Position numbers and translations under genes: made by a program. This document shows positions 30,118 to 41,537 of a DNA stretch of 64,000 nt, piece after piece. Under the pieces are notes generated by a model. That model was given only the letters and a program-made list of their open reading frames with translations. It did no database searches and was not told the origin of the DNA. Every line of letters begins with the position of its first letter. Position 1 is the stretch's first letter. Source of the stretch: Actinomycetota bacterium (GTDB lineage Bacteria > Actinomycetota > CADDZG01 > WHSQ01); NCBI GenBank assembly GCA_009380005.1, contig WHSQ01000006.1:967-64966 (forward strand), given 5' to 3'.

Positions 30118-32118
30118 ATGCCCCCCTTCAAGGTGATCGCCGATTTCGAGCCCGCGGGAGACCAGCCCAAGGCGGTCTCGGAGCTGGCCGGGCGCGTGTT
30201 GGAAGGGGACCGGTACAGCACCCTCCTCGGCGCCACGGGCACGGGCAAGACCGCGACGATCGCGTGGGGCCTGGAGCAGATCCAGAAGCCGACGCTGGTC
30301 ATCGCGCCCAACAAGTCCCTGGCCGCCCAGCTCTGCAACGAGTTCAAGCAGTTCTTCCCGCACAACGCGGTCGAGTACTTCGTCAGCTACTACGACTATT
30401 ACCAGCCGGAGGCGTACGTTCCGTCCACGGACACGTACATCGAGAAGGACTCGTCCATCAACGACGAGATCGAGCGCCTCCGTCACGCCGCCACCAGTGC
30501 GCTCCTCCAGCGCCGCGATGTCCTGATAGTGGCCAGCGTGTCGTGCATCTTCGGTTTGGGTTCTCCCGAGGAGTACCTGAACCAGGTGGTCGACGTGGCT
30601 CGCGGCGGCACGGCGGATCGCGATTTCATCACCGACCGGCTCGTTCAGATCCAGTACGAACGCAACGACATCAATTTCGTGCGTGGCAAGTTCCGGGTCC
30701 GCGGGGACACGATCGAGGTGTTCCCCGCGTACGAAGAGAAGGCGGTCCGGATCGAGCTCTTCGGCGACGAGGTGGACCGGATCATCACCTTGGACCCACT
30801 GACCGGCGAGATCCTAGGCGAGCTCGACCACGTGATGATCTATCCGGCCTCCCACTACGTGGCATCGCGCGACCGGATGGAGCGCGCTCAGGTCTCGATC
30901 AAGGCCGAATTAACGGATCGCCTTCACGTACTCGAGAGCGAGAACAAGCTCCTGGAGGCCCAGCGCCTCCGCATGCGGACGATGTACGACCTGGAGATGA
31001 TGCGTGAGATCGGGTTCTGCTCCGGGATCGAGAACTACTCCCGGCACATCGAAGGTCGCGCGCCCGGCTCCCGGCCCAATACCCTGCTCGACTATTTCCC
31101 GGACGATTATCTGGTGGTTATCGACGAGTCGCACGTGACCGTGCCCCAACTGAACGGGATGTACGAGGGCGACATGAGTCGCAAGCGCACCCTGGTGGAG
31201 CACGGTTTCCGGCTCCCGAGCGCGATGGATAACCGGCCGCTCAAGTTCGAGGAATTCGTCGACAAGGTCAACCAGGTGGTGTTCATGAGCGCGACACCGG
31301 GGCCGTTCGAGCTGCGAGTGTCGGGCCCGACCGTCGAGCAACTCGTCCGCCCTACGGGCCTCGTCGACCCGGAGGTCGTGATACGACCGACGAAGGGTCA
31401 GATCGACGATCTCATGGAAGAGATACGCACGACGGTGGCCGCGGAGCAGCGCGTCCTCGTCACGACGCTAACCAAGAAGATGGCCGAAGACCTCACCGAT
31501 TATCTCCTGGAGTCCGGTATCCGGGTCCGGTACCTGCACTCGGATATCGACACCGTCGAGCGCATGGAGATCCTGCGGGATCTGCGGCTGGGTGAGTTCG
31601 ACGTCCTGGTCGGCATCAACCTCCTTCGCGAGGGTCTCGACCTGCCGGAGGTCTCCCTGGTGGCCATCCTCGACGCCGACAAGGAGGGCTACCTGCGCTC
31701 CCAGACGTCGTTGATCCAAACGATCGGGCGCGCGGCTCGTAACGTCGACGGCCAGGTGCTCATGTACGCGGACGAGGTCACGGACTCGATGCGTCGTGCG
31801 ATCTCCGAGACGCAGCGGCGGCGCAAGGTCCAGCTCGACTACAACGCCGAGCATGGGATCGACCCGCAGACGATCCGCAAGGCCGTCAGCGACATCCTGA
31901 TCGACGGGATGGGCCGGCGCCGGGGGACCGCGGTGCCGGACCGATCCAGGTCGCGGCGCAAGGAACCGTTCGGAGGCAGCCCCGACGACCTCAAGCGATT
32001 GATCCTCCAGCTCCAAGAGGAGATGCACCAGGCGGCCGAAGACCTGCGGTTCGAGTACGCCGCTCGCATCCGCGACGAGATCAACGAGCTGCGCCGCGAG
32101 CTCCGCGAGGTCGGATAG
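30118..32118 (+). CDS. uvrB: Excinuclease ABC subunit B
   Basis: 666 aa with GATGTGKT Walker A, a helicase motif series, and a C-terminal UVR domain ([21 protein letters not shown]). Confidence 0.97.
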   Translation: MPPFKVIADFEPAGDQPKAVSELAGRVLEGDRYSTLLGATGTGKTATIAWGLEQIQKPTLVIAPNKSLAAQLCNEFKQFFPHNAVEYFVSYYDYYQPEAYVPSTDTYIEKDSSINDEIERLRHAATSALLQRRDVLIVASVSCIFGLGSPEEYLNQVVDVARGGTADRDFITDRLVQIQYERNDINFVRGKFRVRGDTIEVFPAYEEKAVRIELFGDEVDRIITLDPLTGEILGELDHVMIYPASHYVASRDRMERAQVSIKAELTDRLHVLESENKLLEAQRLRMRTMYDLEMMREIGFCSGIENYSRHIEGRAPGSRPNTLLDYFPDDYLVVIDESHVTVPQLNGMYEGDMSRKRTLVEHGFRLPSAMDNRPLKFEEFVDKVNQVVFMSATPGPFELRVSGPTVEQLVRPTGLVDPEVVIRPTKGQIDDLMEEIRTTVAAEQRVLVTTLTKKMAEDLTDYLLESGIRVRYLHSDIDTVERMEILRDLRLGEFDVLVGINLLREGLDLPEVSLVAILDADKEGYLRSQTSLIQTIGRAARNVDGQVLMYADEVTDSMRRAISETQRRRKVQLDYNAEHGIDPQTIRKAVSDILIDGMGRRRGTAVPDRSRSRRKEPFGGSPDDLKRLILQLQEEMHQAAEDLRFEYAARIRDEINELRRELREVG

Positions 32119-32140
32119 AAGGTCGCCGTTCGAACCGGTT

Positions 32141-34129
32141 CTACGCGGTGGCTTGGTCCCGGCTCGGTAGCCTTTCCGTCGCGGGTGAGAACGGGATCGT
32201 CAGGCTGAACACGGAGCCGCGCTCGTCGGACCGTTCGAGCTTGACTTCCGCACCCATGACCTCCGCCAGCCGCCGGCAGATGTACAGGCCCAGCCCCGTC
32301 CCGCCGGTGGTGCGGGTGATCGACTGGTCCGCCTGGAAGAAACGTTCGAAGATGCGTTCGTGCAGGTGGGGCGGGATCCCCGGGCCTTCATCCTCCACCG
32401 TGATGACGGCGCGCTCGGCCGATGTCGTCGCTCGGAGCTGGACGGGGGTTCCTTCGGCCGTGTACTTCATCGCGTTGTCGACCAGATTGGACACGATCTG
32501 ACGCACCTTGTTCTCGTCCGTCTCGACGGCCGGGAAGAGGTCGGGGAGCGACAGCTCTATGTCGTGCGAACCGCGGTGAGAGGAGAACTCCCTCGCGATG
32601 TCGCGCAACACGGCGGGCAGGGACACCTCCTTGAAGCTGGCCTGGGCCTCGTTGGACTCGAGTCGGGACACGATCAGCAGGTCCTCGATCAGCTCGCGCA
32701 GCTGATCACTCTGCTCGTCGACGATCTGCAGGAACGATGCCAGCTGGTCGGGGCGCAGACGGTTCAGCTTGCGACGGATCGTCTTGACGTAGCCCTGGAT
32801 CGAGGTGAGAGGCGTGCGGAGCTCGTGGGAGACCGAGGCCACGAAATCATCCTTGAGCCGGTTGACCTCCTGCAGGTGCTCGAGCGATTCCTCGAGCGTG
32901 GCTACCAGGCGAGCGTTCTCGAGAGAGATGCTCGCGTGGCTTGCGAGCGTCTCCAGCAGCTTGAGATCCTCGTCGTCGAAGCTGCTGACGTCGCCGAGGC
33001 GGTTTCCCACCAGCAGCTTGCCGACGATGTCGGTCTCGACGCGTAGTGGGGCGATCATGCAGTCGCGGATGGCCCGGTCCCCGAAATAGCGAGCCAGGCG
33101 CTCGTTCGCTATCGGACGCTTCAGGAGGATGGGTTCGCCTTCCGCCGCGAGCCGGGCCCAGACGCCCTCCTCGGGATGCAGGGATACCGGCTCCTGGATA
33201 ACGACAACCTCTCCGGGGCCGACCCGTGTCCGCTCCGCGGGGTGGTCGTCGCGCGGGAACAGGGTGATCTCGGCGATCTCGGCCTTGAACATCTCGCGCG
33301 CTTGCTCGAGCAGCGACAGCATCACGCTCTCCATCTTCAGCGAGCGCTCGCCGAGACGCGTAGCGCGATAGAGGAGCTCGATGCTCTCGCGCTTCTGACG
33401 TTGGGAGCTGTAAGCACGGTAAGCCAGGAACAGCGCCATCGCGGGGATGGCCAGCAGCCACGCAGCTCTGGCGTCGGCCCACATGATGCGAACGCCGACG
33501 AGGGCCAGCCCGGTGTTCGTCGCGGTGGTGGCCAGTCCCATGCCGAGGCCCTGCGTGACGTTCTCCAGATGCAGCGTCCGTTCCGATAACGAGATGGCCG
33601 CGCCGATGGCGAGGTTGCCGATCACCGCGGTCATGAACGTCACGAAGAAGACGACCAACCAACCCCGAGGGGAGATCGCCGCATCCGCCGACACGAGCAT
33701 GTGGAAGACGGTGGCCGCCAATCCAACCTCGAGCGAGAAGTGGCTCAGGTTGAAGACGAGCTTCAGGATCGATTGCCGCCGGTGGATGGCGAGGGCGCCG
33801 CCGATACCCACCACGGCAGCGAGCAGGAGCTCGTTGGGGGACACGAAGTAGAGGCCGAGCACCAAAGGGATCTCTCCCAGCGAGAAGGTGTAGGCCTCGC
33901 GGCGTATCTGGAGATGCACGACCATGACCTCGGCCGCGAAGTAGACGCCGATGAGGGCCCACCAGGGGACGTGCACGGGCGACTCGAGCGTCGGCAGATC
34001 GCGCACCCACATCACGTATACGAAGACCGACGCTCCGGCCAGCCCGGCTGCGAGCGCCCATACGCGCGCTGCTCCCGATAGCGACAACCGCTTCCGGCCG
34101 GCCGCTGGATCGTCCACGACAGGATCCAT
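32141..34129 (-). CDS. Membrane sensor histidine kinase (multi-TM N-terminal domain, GAF-like domain, HisKA, HATPase)
   Basis: The N-terminal ~230 aa contain about six hydrophobic helices. It has H-box SHELRTPLTSI and HATPase boxes NLVDNAMKYT, DEGPGI and GGTGLGL. The start lies 14 nt after the S8 protease stop. Confidence 0.88.
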   Translation of the reverse strand: MDPVVDDPAAGRKRLSLSGAARVWALAAGLAGASVFVYVMWVRDLPTLESPVHVPWWALIGVYFAAEVMVVHLQIRREAYTFSLGEIPLVLGLYFVSPNELLLAAVVGIGGALAIHRRQSILKLVFNLSHFSLEVGLAATVFHMLVSADAAISPRGWLVVFFVTFMTAVIGNLAIGAAISLSERTLHLENVTQGLGMGLATTATNTGLALVGVRIMWADARAAWLLAIPAMALFLAYRAYSSQRQKRESIELLYRATRLGERSLKMESVMLSLLEQAREMFKAEIAEITLFPRDDHPAERTRVGPGEVVVIQEPVSLHPEEGVWARLAAEGEPILLKRPIANERLARYFGDRAIRDCMIAPLRVETDIVGKLLVGNRLGDVSSFDDEDLKLLETLASHASISLENARLVATLEESLEHLQEVNRLKDDFVASVSHELRTPLTSIQGYVKTIRRKLNRLRPDQLASFLQIVDEQSDQLRELIEDLLIVSRLESNEAQASFKEVSLPAVLRDIAREFSSHRGSHDIELSLPDLFPAVETDENKVRQIVSNLVDNAMKYTAEGTPVQLRATTSAERAVITVEDEGPGIPPHLHERIFERFFQADQSITRTTGGTGLGLYICRRLAEVMGAEVKLERSDERGSVFSLTIPFSPATERLPSRDQATA

Positions 34130-34143
34130 GGTGGTTCCCGGCT

Positions 34144-35913
34144 CTACGACCAGCTAGCGGCGGACCAACTGGCGGCGGACCACGATGCCGCGGACCAACT
34201 CGCCGCCGACCACGATGCCGCGGACCAACTGGCGGCGGACCACGATGCCGCGGACCAGCTCGCGGCGGACCAGCTCGCGGCGGACCACGATGCCGCGGAC
34301 CAACTGGCCGCCGACCACGATGCCGCTTCCCACGCGTTGCCCGACCACGATGCGGCGCACCAGCAACCTCCGGCCCATTCGTTGCTGTTCCACGCCCCGC
34401 CGTTCCACGCGTTCCCCGACCACGACGCCGCCGACCACGACGCCGCGTCCCACGGCGCGCCCATGATGTCGTGTTCGCCCTCGACCGTCTGGCCGTCGTC
34501 CGTGGTCACATGCAGCGAGCCGCGAGCGCCTTCGAGCGAACCGAGGCCCGTCGCGGAGGCCCAGTCCTGGGTCGCGGCGGGCGTGGGGGAGCGGGTCGCG
34601 GCCTTGAGATCGATGAGCCCGCCGCCCTGTGCTGACGGATCCGTGCCGGGCAACGGCGAGGCCGTGTCCTTGAGCAGCGCCTTCACCTGGTCGGGCGAGA
34701 GCTCGGGGCGTTGGTCCAGCAGCAATGCCGCTGCACCCGCTACGACGGCCGCGGCCTGGGAAGTGCCGCTGCCCCGGAAGAGACGATCGTTGACCCGGCC
34801 CCCGGGGTGCTGCTGGTCGATCAACGAGCCGCCGACGCGGAGGCTGGCGACGGACTTGCCGGGAGCGATCACGTCGGGGTTCCGGATACCGTCGCCGCGC
34901 GCCGACCAGGTTGGAACCTCGTCGTCGTCGACGCCCCGCGTCCCCTTCGTATCGTCGGCACCGACGGCCAACACGTAGGGGTCGTATGCGGGATTGTTCA
35001 TCCGAGCGGAACCGAACTGTGAGTTGCCCGCGGCCACGACCACGACGATCCCGTGGTTCCACGCGGCTTCGGCCGCGAACGTGAGGGGATCCAGCCGGTA
35101 GTCCTGTTCCCCGTCCGTTCCATACGCGAGGTTGAGGACCCGGATGTTCATCCCGTTGTCGTTGCGGTGTTGAACCACCCAATCGATCGCCGCCAGCACC
35201 TGCGAGACGTCCGTTGCGCCGGAGTGAGCAGCTACCTTCACGTTGACGATCCGGGAATCCGGCGCGACCCCCATGAAGTCGCTCGGATCCCGCTCGTTCG
35301 ATACGGAACCGTCGCGTCCTGCGATGATCCCGGCGAGATGCGTCCCGTGTCCGTACGTGTCGAGGTAACGGAGGTTCTCGGCCTGTGACTCGAACGAGAG
35401 GTCGGCTCCGTTGACGACGTTAGAGGCCGGCATGCCATCGACCGGAGCGACCCCCGAATCGATCAACGCCACATCGACGCCGGCGCCCGTGTAGCCCTCG
35501 CTCCACGCAGTGTGTGCCCTGATGGCCTTGTTCGTGTTGAACATCGAGCCCGCATCGGAGCCATCCTCGAAACCGTCCGGTGTGCTCTGAAGGTGGATCC
35601 TGCGGTTGGGCGTCGCGGAAGCGACGCCGGCAGAACGGATCAGCGGCTCGAGGGAACCTCGGGGGAGCTCCGCTACGAAGCCGTCGATGATCTCTATGCG
35701 AGTTCCCACCGACCCACCCAGGCTCTCGACCGCCCGCTCGGGAGCATCGCCCGACCCGGGGAGCTCGCGCACGATGACCGAAACGGTCGGTGATCCATCG
35801 GTTGCTACGGAGGAGAAGGAGGGCAGGTAAACCATGGCGATCGCGATGCAGACCAGTGCAGTCAGCGCCGTGCCCTTTTTCTCGTCTCCCCAACTGATGG
35901 CTCGCGCGATCAC
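34144..35913 (-). CDS. Secreted S8 (subtilisin-like) serine peptidase with a C-terminal Trp-pentad repeat tail
   Basis: Signal/anchor (TALTALVCIAIAMVYL) and an I9-like propeptide precede the catalytic domain. The triad contexts are VALIDSGV (Asp), HGTHLAGII (His) and GTSQAAAVVAGAAALL (Ser). The tail ends in (AASWS)12. Confidence 0.92.
   Translation of the reverse strand: MIARAISWGDEKKGTALTALVCIAIAMVYLPSFSSVATDGSPTVSVIVRELPGSGDAPERAVESLGGSVGTRIEIIDGFVAELPRGSLEPLIRSAGVASATPNRRIHLQSTPDGFEDGSDAGSMFNTNKAIRAHTAWSEGYTGAGVDVALIDSGVAPVDGMPASNVVNGADLSFESQAENLRYLDTYGHGTHLAGIIAGRDGSVSNERDPSDFMGVAPDSRIVNVKVAAHSGATDVSQVLAAIDWVVQHRNDNGMNIRVLNLAYGTDGEQDYRLDPLTFAAEAAWNHGIVVVVAAGNSQFGSARMNNPAYDPYVLAVGADDTKGTRGVDDDEVPTWSARGDGIRNPDVIAPGKSVASLRVGGSLIDQQHPGGRVNDRLFRGSGTSQAAAVVAGAAALLLDQRPELSPDQVKALLKDTASPLPGTDPSAQGGGLIDLKAATRSPTPAATQDWASATGLGSLEGARGSLHVTTDDGQTVEGEHDIMGAPWDAASWSAASWSGNAWNGGAWNSNEWAGGCWCAASWSGNAWEAASWSAASWSAASWSAASWSAASWSAASWSAASWSAASWSAASWSAASWSAASWSAASWS
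34147..34326 (-). repeat. Tandem 15-bp coding repeat, 12 units, each encoding AASWS
   Basis: Plus-strand units such as ggaccaactggcggc, ggaccacgatgccgc and ggaccagctcgcggc are read directly from the sequence. All units translate identically although their codons differ. Confidence 0.95.
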
Positions 35914-36120
35914 TGGTCGCTCTCTGTTCGATGGACTTCCCGGGAACGTGCCTGCCTAACGCTACCCCCACTAGTTCATAGGTTGGAGTGCGTAATACTC
36001 AATAGTCATTCGGGACTATCAAGCGGGAACCGAAGTGCCTAGCTCGGTCTGCTTGGCCCCGCGGCCGAACCCGGACGTAACCGGACAGAAGCCCCGGCGC
36101 GCTCGCCGCCATCGGCGATC

Positions 36121-37275
36121 TCAGGAGTAGAGCGCGCCGGCCAGCTCCTCGAAGCAGCGATCGACGTCGCCTTCGTCGTTAAAGAAGTGCGGCGAGATCC
36201 TGAGGCAATCGGCGCGCCTGTCCACCACCACGTCGCGCTCGAGTAGTCGTGCCACTAGAGCCCCAGCCGCGGGTTCGCCCCCCGGGACCTTGACGCGGAC
36301 CAGGCCCCCGCGCCGTTCCGGCGTTCTTTCGCTCCGCACCTCCAGGTCCATCTCGTCGGCCCGCCGCAAGACCTCGTCGGTCAGTTCGAGGCTCCGGGCG
36401 CGGATGCGATCCACCCCGACCTCCTCGACGATCTCGAGCCCCCCGACGGCCGTCCATGCCTGCGGCAGCGCGTAGGTGCCGGTCTCGAACCGGCGCGCGT
36501 CGTCCCGGAACCGCAGCTCCGTGCGATCGAAACTGAACGGGTCCTTCGTCCCGAACCAGCCGACCACGGCCGGCTCCAGCCGCGCGATGAGGTCGCGCCG
36601 GCAGTAGAGGAAGGCGATCCCCTGGCCCCCGCACAACCACTTCAGCGCGCCGGCGAGATAGAGATCGATGCCGGTCGCATGTACGTCGATCGGTACGACC
36701 CCCGCGCCGTGGAAGTCGTCGACCACCACGAGCGCGCCGTGACGGCGGGCGGCGGTCACGATCGGATCGAGGGGGACGATGTACGAGGACTCGAAGAGGA
36801 CGCGGTTGACGTTGACGATCGCGGTTTGCTCGTCGATCCGGGCCGCGATCTCGGCCGGGTCCACGATCACGCCGTCCGGGCTCGGAACGACGTCGACCTT
36901 GGCGCCACGCCGCTGCTGGGCTCGCCACACGTGATGGTTCGTGGGGAAGTCCATGTCCGAGAGCACGACCTTCGTCCTGTCCGCGAAGTCGAGGCACGAC
37001 GCCACCGACGACAGCCCGGACGAGACGGAGGGGACGATCGCGATCTCGTCGTCCTCGGCCCCGATCAGGCGGGCGAAGCGAGCCCGGCACTCGTCGAGGC
37101 GGGGGAGCCCGTGCTCCATCCACAGCTCCTCCGGCCCCAGGCGCTCCCACAGATCGAGGTGTTCCTCCGCCAGGCGGCGGCTGCGGGTGGAAAGCGGACC
37201 GAGCGAGGCCGAGATGAGGTAGGTACGGGCCTCCACGACCGGGAACTCGGAGCGGTATCGGGCGAGATCGCTCAT
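36121..37275 (-). CDS. Class V aminotransferase-fold PLP-dependent enzyme
   Basis: The 384-aa N-terminus ([17 protein letters not shown]) and overall pattern resemble the cysteine desulfurase/kynureninase-like fold type I class V. Substrate is unknown. Confidence 0.75.
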   Translation of the reverse strand: MSDLARYRSEFPVVEARTYLISASLGPLSTRSRRLAEEHLDLWERLGPEELWMEHGLPRLDECRARFARLIGAEDDEIAIVPSVSSGLSSVASCLDFADRTKVVLSDMDFPTNHHVWRAQQRRGAKVDVVPSPDGVIVDPAEIAARIDEQTAIVNVNRVLFESSYIVPLDPIVTAARRHGALVVVDDFHGAGVVPIDVHATGIDLYLAGALKWLCGGQGIAFLYCRRDLIARLEPAVVGWFGTKDPFSFDRTELRFRDDARRFETGTYALPQAWTAVGGLEIVEEVGVDRIRARSLELTDEVLRRADEMDLEVRSERTPERRGGLVRVKVPGGEPAAGALVARLLERDVVVDRRADCLRISPHFFNDEGDVDRCFEELAGALYS

Positions 37276-37344
37276 GGGCGGCCCCAGGGTACGACGGCGC
37301 CCGGCGCCCGGAGAGTTACACGCGCGTCGTTTATCCTGCCGGAG

Positions 37345-40299
37345 ATGGCCGCGACCCCTTCAGGCACCCATGACCGGCTGGTCATCCGGGGCGCCAGAGA
37401 GCACAACCTCAAGAACGTCAACCTCGAGCTCCCGCGCGACCGGCTGATCGTCTTCACCGGGATCTCGGGCTCGGGGAAGTCGTCGCTGGCCTTCGACACG
37501 GTCTACGCCGAGGGCCAGCGACGCTACGTGGAGTCGCTGTCTTCCTACGCCCGCCAGTTCCTCGGCCAGATGGACAAGCCCGACGTCGACTTCATCGAGG
37601 GGCTCAGCCCGGCGATCTCCATCGACCAGAAGTCGGCCCCCAAGAACCCCCGGTCCACGGTCGGCACGATCACCGAGATCTACGACTACCTGCGGCTCCT
37701 CTACGCCCGGATCGGGCGGCCCCACTGTCACAACTGCGGCCGGCCCATCGCCCGCCAGACGCCGGAGCAGATCGTCGACCGGGTGCTCGAGATGCCCGCG
37801 GGGACGCGCTTCCAGGTGCTGGCGCCCATCGTGCGGAGCCGCAAGGGAGAGTTCACGAACCTGCTGGCCGATCTCGCCCGGCAGGGTTACGCACGCGCCC
37901 GCATCGACGGCGAGGTCAAAGACCTGTCCGAGAAGGTCCGCCTCGATCGCTATTTCCAGCACGACATCGACGTCATCGTCGACCGGCTCGTGATCAAGGA
38001 AGGGATCCAGAGCCGGCTGCAGGACTCGATCGAGACGGCGCTGAAGCTCGCCGAGGGGCAGGCCGCCATCGACCTCGTCGACGACGAGTCCGAGGACATC
38101 CTCTTCAGCCAGTTCTTCGCCTGCACGTTCTGCGGGATCTCGTTCGACGAGCTGGCTCCGAGGAACTTCTCGTTCAACTCGCCGTACGGAGCATGCGAGC
38201 GGTGCGATGGGCTGGGGACGCACCTCGAGGTGGATCCCGACCTCGTCATCCCGGACCCCGACCTCTCCATCGACGAGGGTGCCATCGCCCCGTGGTCGGG
38301 GCGGCGGCTCGAGTACTTCGAGCGTCTGCTGGAATCCCTGGCCAACAACTACGACTTCAAGACGAACGTTCCCTACAAGAGGCTTCCCAAGAAGATCCGC
38401 GAGCTCCTCCTGCACGGGTCGGAGGACGCCGAGGTTCACGTCCGCTACCGGAACCGTTTCAACCGCATCCGTTCTTACTGGACGACCTTCGAGGGAGTTA
38501 TCCCGTGGTTGGAGCGACGGCGCGACGAAACGGATTCGGACTACGCCCGGGAGCGCTACGAGCAGTACTTCCGCCAGGTCCCCTGCCCGCGCTGTGGCGG
38601 AGCGCGGTTGCGACCGGAATCGCTCGCCGTCACGCTCGGGGGAAAGAACATCCACGAGCTCTGCAACCTCTGCATCGGGGACAGCGACGACTTCTTGCGG
38701 CAGCTCGAGCTCGACGACCGTGAAACGACGATCGCCGAACGCGTGCTGAAAGAGATCCACGCACGTCTAGGCTTCTTGCTCGACGTCGGGCTCGATTATC
38801 TGGCGCTGGCCCGCAACTCGGCGACGCTGGCGGGAGGCGAGGCACAGCGCATCCGGCTCGCGACCCAGATCGGGTCCGGTCTCGTCGGCGTCCTCTACGT
38901 GCTCGACGAGCCGTCGATCGGTCTGCACCAGCGTGATAACCGGCGACTCATCGCGACGTTGGAGCGGCTGCGCGACCTGGGCAACACCCTGATCGTCGTC
39001 GAGCACGACGAGGAGACCATCATGGCGGCCGATCACGTCGTGGACATCGGTCCGGGGGCCGGGGACCACGGTGGTGAGATCGTGTACGCCGGTCCCTTGA
39101 GTGGCCTGGTCGAGAAGACCGACTCGGTGACCGGGGATTACGTCACCGGGCGGCGCAAGATCGAGGTTCCCAAGCAACGGCGCGAGCCGGAGAAGGGGCA
39201 GCTCGTCGTGCGGGGGGCCCGGCAGCACAACCTGCGGAACATCGACGTGGCGTTCCCGCTGGGTTGTTTCGTCACCGTCACCGGCGTCAGCGGCTCGGGG
39301 AAGTCGACGCTGGTGAACGAGGTCCTGCACCGAGCCGTGCACCAGAGATTGAACCGCCAGGCCCGGCTCGTGGCGGGCAAGCACAAGCGCATCGATGGGC
39401 TCGAGCTGATCGACAAGGTCATCGACATCGATCAGAGCCCGATCGGACGTACCCCGCGTTCGAACGCCGCCACCTACACGGGCGTGTTCGACCACGTCCG
39501 CAAGCTGTTCGCGCAAACTCCCGACGCCAAGCGGCGCGGCTACCTTCCCGGACGGTTCTCGTTCAACGTGCGCGGAGGGCGGTGCGAAGCGTGCGCCGGC
39601 GACGGGACCATCAAGATCGAGATGCACTTCCTGCCCGACGTCTACGTCCCCTGCGAGATCTGCAAGGGCAAGCGCTACAACCGCGAAACGCTCGCGGTCA
39701 AGTTCAAGGGCAAAAACATCTCCGAGGTCCTCGATATGAGCGTCGAGGAGGCGTGCGAATTCTTCGGCGCCATCCCGCCGATCGCGCGCCATATGAACAC
39801 GCTGCGGGACGTCGGCCTCGGCTACATCAAGCTGGGCCAACCCGCGCCCACCCTGTCCGGGGGCGAGGCACAGCGGGTGAAGCTCGCGTCCGAGCTCGCC
39901 AAGCGCTCGACCGGGCGGACCCTCTACATCCTGGACGAGCCGACCACGGGCCTGCACTTCGACGACGTAGCCAAGCTGCTCGGCGTCCTGCACCGGCTCG
40001 TCGACGCCGGCAACACGGTCGTTGTGATCGAGCACAACCTCGACGTGATCAAGACCGCCGACCACATCGTGGACCTCGGTCCCGAGGGAGGTGCGGGAGG
40101 AGGAACCGTTGTGGCCGAGGGAACGCCGGAACAGGTCGCCGAGACCGCGGGCTCTCACACCGGCCGGTACCTGAAGTCGCTCCTGGAGACGGGGCGTACC
40201 CCGGCCCGGGCGAAGGGCCTCAAGAAGAAGAGCACGAAGAAGGCGGCCGCGCCCCGCACCAAGCGGGCGGTGGCGACGGCGCGCCGCGCCGCGTCCTAG
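37345..40299 (+). CDS. uvrA: Excinuclease ABC subunit A
   Basis: The ATG at 37345 lies within track ORF 36679..40299. The protein begins [41 protein letters not shown] and has two ABC modules and zinc-finger Cys clusters. Confidence 0.97.
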   Translation: MAATPSGTHDRLVIRGAREHNLKNVNLELPRDRLIVFTGISGSGKSSLAFDTVYAEGQRRYVESLSSYARQFLGQMDKPDVDFIEGLSPAISIDQKSAPKNPRSTVGTITEIYDYLRLLYARIGRPHCHNCGRPIARQTPEQIVDRVLEMPAGTRFQVLAPIVRSRKGEFTNLLADLARQGYARARIDGEVKDLSEKVRLDRYFQHDIDVIVDRLVIKEGIQSRLQDSIETALKLAEGQAAIDLVDDESEDILFSQFFACTFCGISFDELAPRNFSFNSPYGACERCDGLGTHLEVDPDLVIPDPDLSIDEGAIAPWSGRRLEYFERLLESLANNYDFKTNVPYKRLPKKIRELLLHGSEDAEVHVRYRNRFNRIRSYWTTFEGVIPWLERRRDETDSDYARERYEQYFRQVPCPRCGGARLRPESLAVTLGGKNIHELCNLCIGDSDDFLRQLELDDRETTIAERVLKEIHARLGFLLDVGLDYLALARNSATLAGGEAQRIRLATQIGSGLVGVLYVLDEPSIGLHQRDNRRLIATLERLRDLGNTLIVVEHDEETIMAADHVVDIGPGAGDHGGEIVYAGPLSGLVEKTDSVTGDYVTGRRKIEVPKQRREPEKGQLVVRGARQHNLRNIDVAFPLGCFVTVTGVSGSGKSTLVNEVLHRAVHQRLNRQARLVAGKHKRIDGLELIDKVIDIDQSPIGRTPRSNAATYTGVFDHVRKLFAQTPDAKRRGYLPGRFSFNVRGGRCEACAGDGTIKIEMHFLPDVYVPCEICKGKRYNRETLAVKFKGKNISEVLDMSVEEACEFFGAIPPIARHMNTLRDVGLGYIKLGQPAPTLSGGEAQRVKLASELAKRSTGRTLYILDEPTTGLHFDDVAKLLGVLHRLVDAGNTVVVIEHNLDVIKTADHIVDLGPEGGAGGGTVVAEGTPEQVAETAGSHTGRYLKSLLETGRTPARAKGLKKKSTKKAAAPRTKRAVATARRAAS

Positions 40300-41537
40300 C
40301 CGATCTCCGATTCGCCGAGACGGGCGACTTCCTCGCCGCCGATGAAGCGGGGCTCGGCCCCCTCGACGATGCTCTGCAGCTGATCGATCAGCAGGTTGCG
40401 GTTCAGCTTCAGCCCATGCCGCTCGGCGACCTTGTTGTACTCGGGGAACCGGGTGACCAGGTCGATCGCAACGGTCTCGAAGGCGTGGCGCCAGATGCGC
40501 TCGCGGGAGCCGTAGTCCATCAGGTTGAAGACGAAGAGGTGTTCGTCGTCGCTGCGCGGTTCGATCATGACGATGTCGACGTCGGGATGCTTGTGGCTGA
40601 TGATCTCGAGCTCGTTCTGGACCTGGGCCTGCGCCATGATCCGGAACGTCTGTGCCGCGATATGGGGGAAGCCCTTCTGCGAGATGTGCCGGGAGGGGAG
40701 CCCGGTCGCGGTCGGCAGCAGGTGACGTACGTCGTGGATGTACGGCACCAGGGGGTTGATGCAGACCACCAGCTTCGCTCCTCGCGCGATCGCGAGGTCG
40801 ATGTTCGTCGTGGACCGAAGCCCACCGTCGTAATAGACGCGCCCGTTGATCTCTCGCGGCGCGTAGAGCAAGGGGATCGCGGTGGACGCCGCCGCGGCGT
40901 CGGAGATGGTGACGTCGAGCGCGTCGTCGGCGCCGAACACGACCCGTTGCGCGCTGTCGAGATCGGTTGCGGTGATGGACAGCTTGCGCTTGGTGTTGCC
41001 GAACTCGTTCGATCGGCCCTCTTCGTTGAGGAGCCGGCGCAGATAGCGCTCCGTTCCGTCGGTGGTGTACAGCGCCTGGGGAAGACCCTCGGCCAGGGCC
41101 CCCAAGCCGTCGATCAGCGAGGTCGTGAACGGGTGGCCGACGTAGCGACGGACCGCGCCCAGCACCCCCAACGGCCACCGGACCATGGAGCGCAGCATGC
41201 CCTTGCGGTCCGGCTGCATGATCTCGTTGGCGCCGATCGCCTCGATCGAAGCGCCCCGGTGACCGAGGTTCGCAAGCGCGAGCTCCTCGGGGCTTATGTC
41301 GTTCGCCAGGCAAGCCGCTACGACCGCGCCGGCCGAGGTTCCGATGTAGAGATCGAAGTCGTTGACCGTGGCGCGCTCGCTCATCGCGTTCATGGCGTTG
41401 AGCACGCCCAGGTGATAGGCAGCCCCGCTGATCCCCCCGCCGCCCAGGACGAGGGCGACGCGTCCGTCGCTGGAACCCTTGGTCCCCGACTCCTGCTTGT
41501 GGAACTGCCCCTCGGAGAGGTGGATGACCGTGCCCAT
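40296..41537 (-). CDS. Patatin-like phospholipase family protein
   Basis: Oxyanion GGGGISG, the nucleophile elbow GTSAG, and a DGG Asp motif (YYDGGL) are present. 413 aa. Confidence 0.85.
   Translation of the reverse strand: MGTVIHLSEGQFHKQESGTKGSSDGRVALVLGGGGISGAAYHLGVLNAMNAMSERATVNDFDLYIGTSAGAVVAACLANDISPEELALANLGHRGASIEAIGANEIMQPDRKGMLRSMVRWPLGVLGAVRRYVGHPFTTSLIDGLGALAEGLPQALYTTDGTERYLRRLLNEEGRSNEFGNTKRKLSITATDLDSAQRVVFGADDALDVTISDAAAASTAIPLLYAPREINGRVYYDGGLRSTTNIDLAIARGAKLVVCINPLVPYIHDVRHLLPTATGLPSRHISQKGFPHIAAQTFRIMAQAQVQNELEIISHKHPDVDIVMIEPRSDDEHLFVFNLMDYGSRERIWRHAFETVAIDLVTRFPEYNKVAERHGLKLNRNLLIDQLQSIVEGAEPRFIGGEEVARLGESEIG

Noticed and set aside
34147-34326. Could the regular short repeats be a CRISPR array?
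   Set aside because: The units are contiguous 15-mers with no spacers. They lie inside a coding frame and no cas genes are nearby.
34154-35182. Alternative-frame ORF through the protease repeat, giving ELVRG/IVVRR repeats.
   Set aside because: It is the same 15-bp repeat read out of frame. The S8 frame has the catalytic triad and is clearly the real one.
36679-37344. N-terminal 222-codon extension of the uvrA ORF. The analogous extensions are 920..2038 before livM and 54516..54833 before the alpha-glucosidase.
   Set aside because: The extensions overlap well-supported genes on the other strand or frame and lack homology. Internal ATGs give canonical N-termini.
40296-41537. Patatin-like phospholipase as a CBASS-type (CapV) defence effector.
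   Set aside because: No cyclase/nucleotidyltransferase or other defence gene is adjacent. Its neighbours are uvrA and a tRNA. It looks like a stand-alone lipase.
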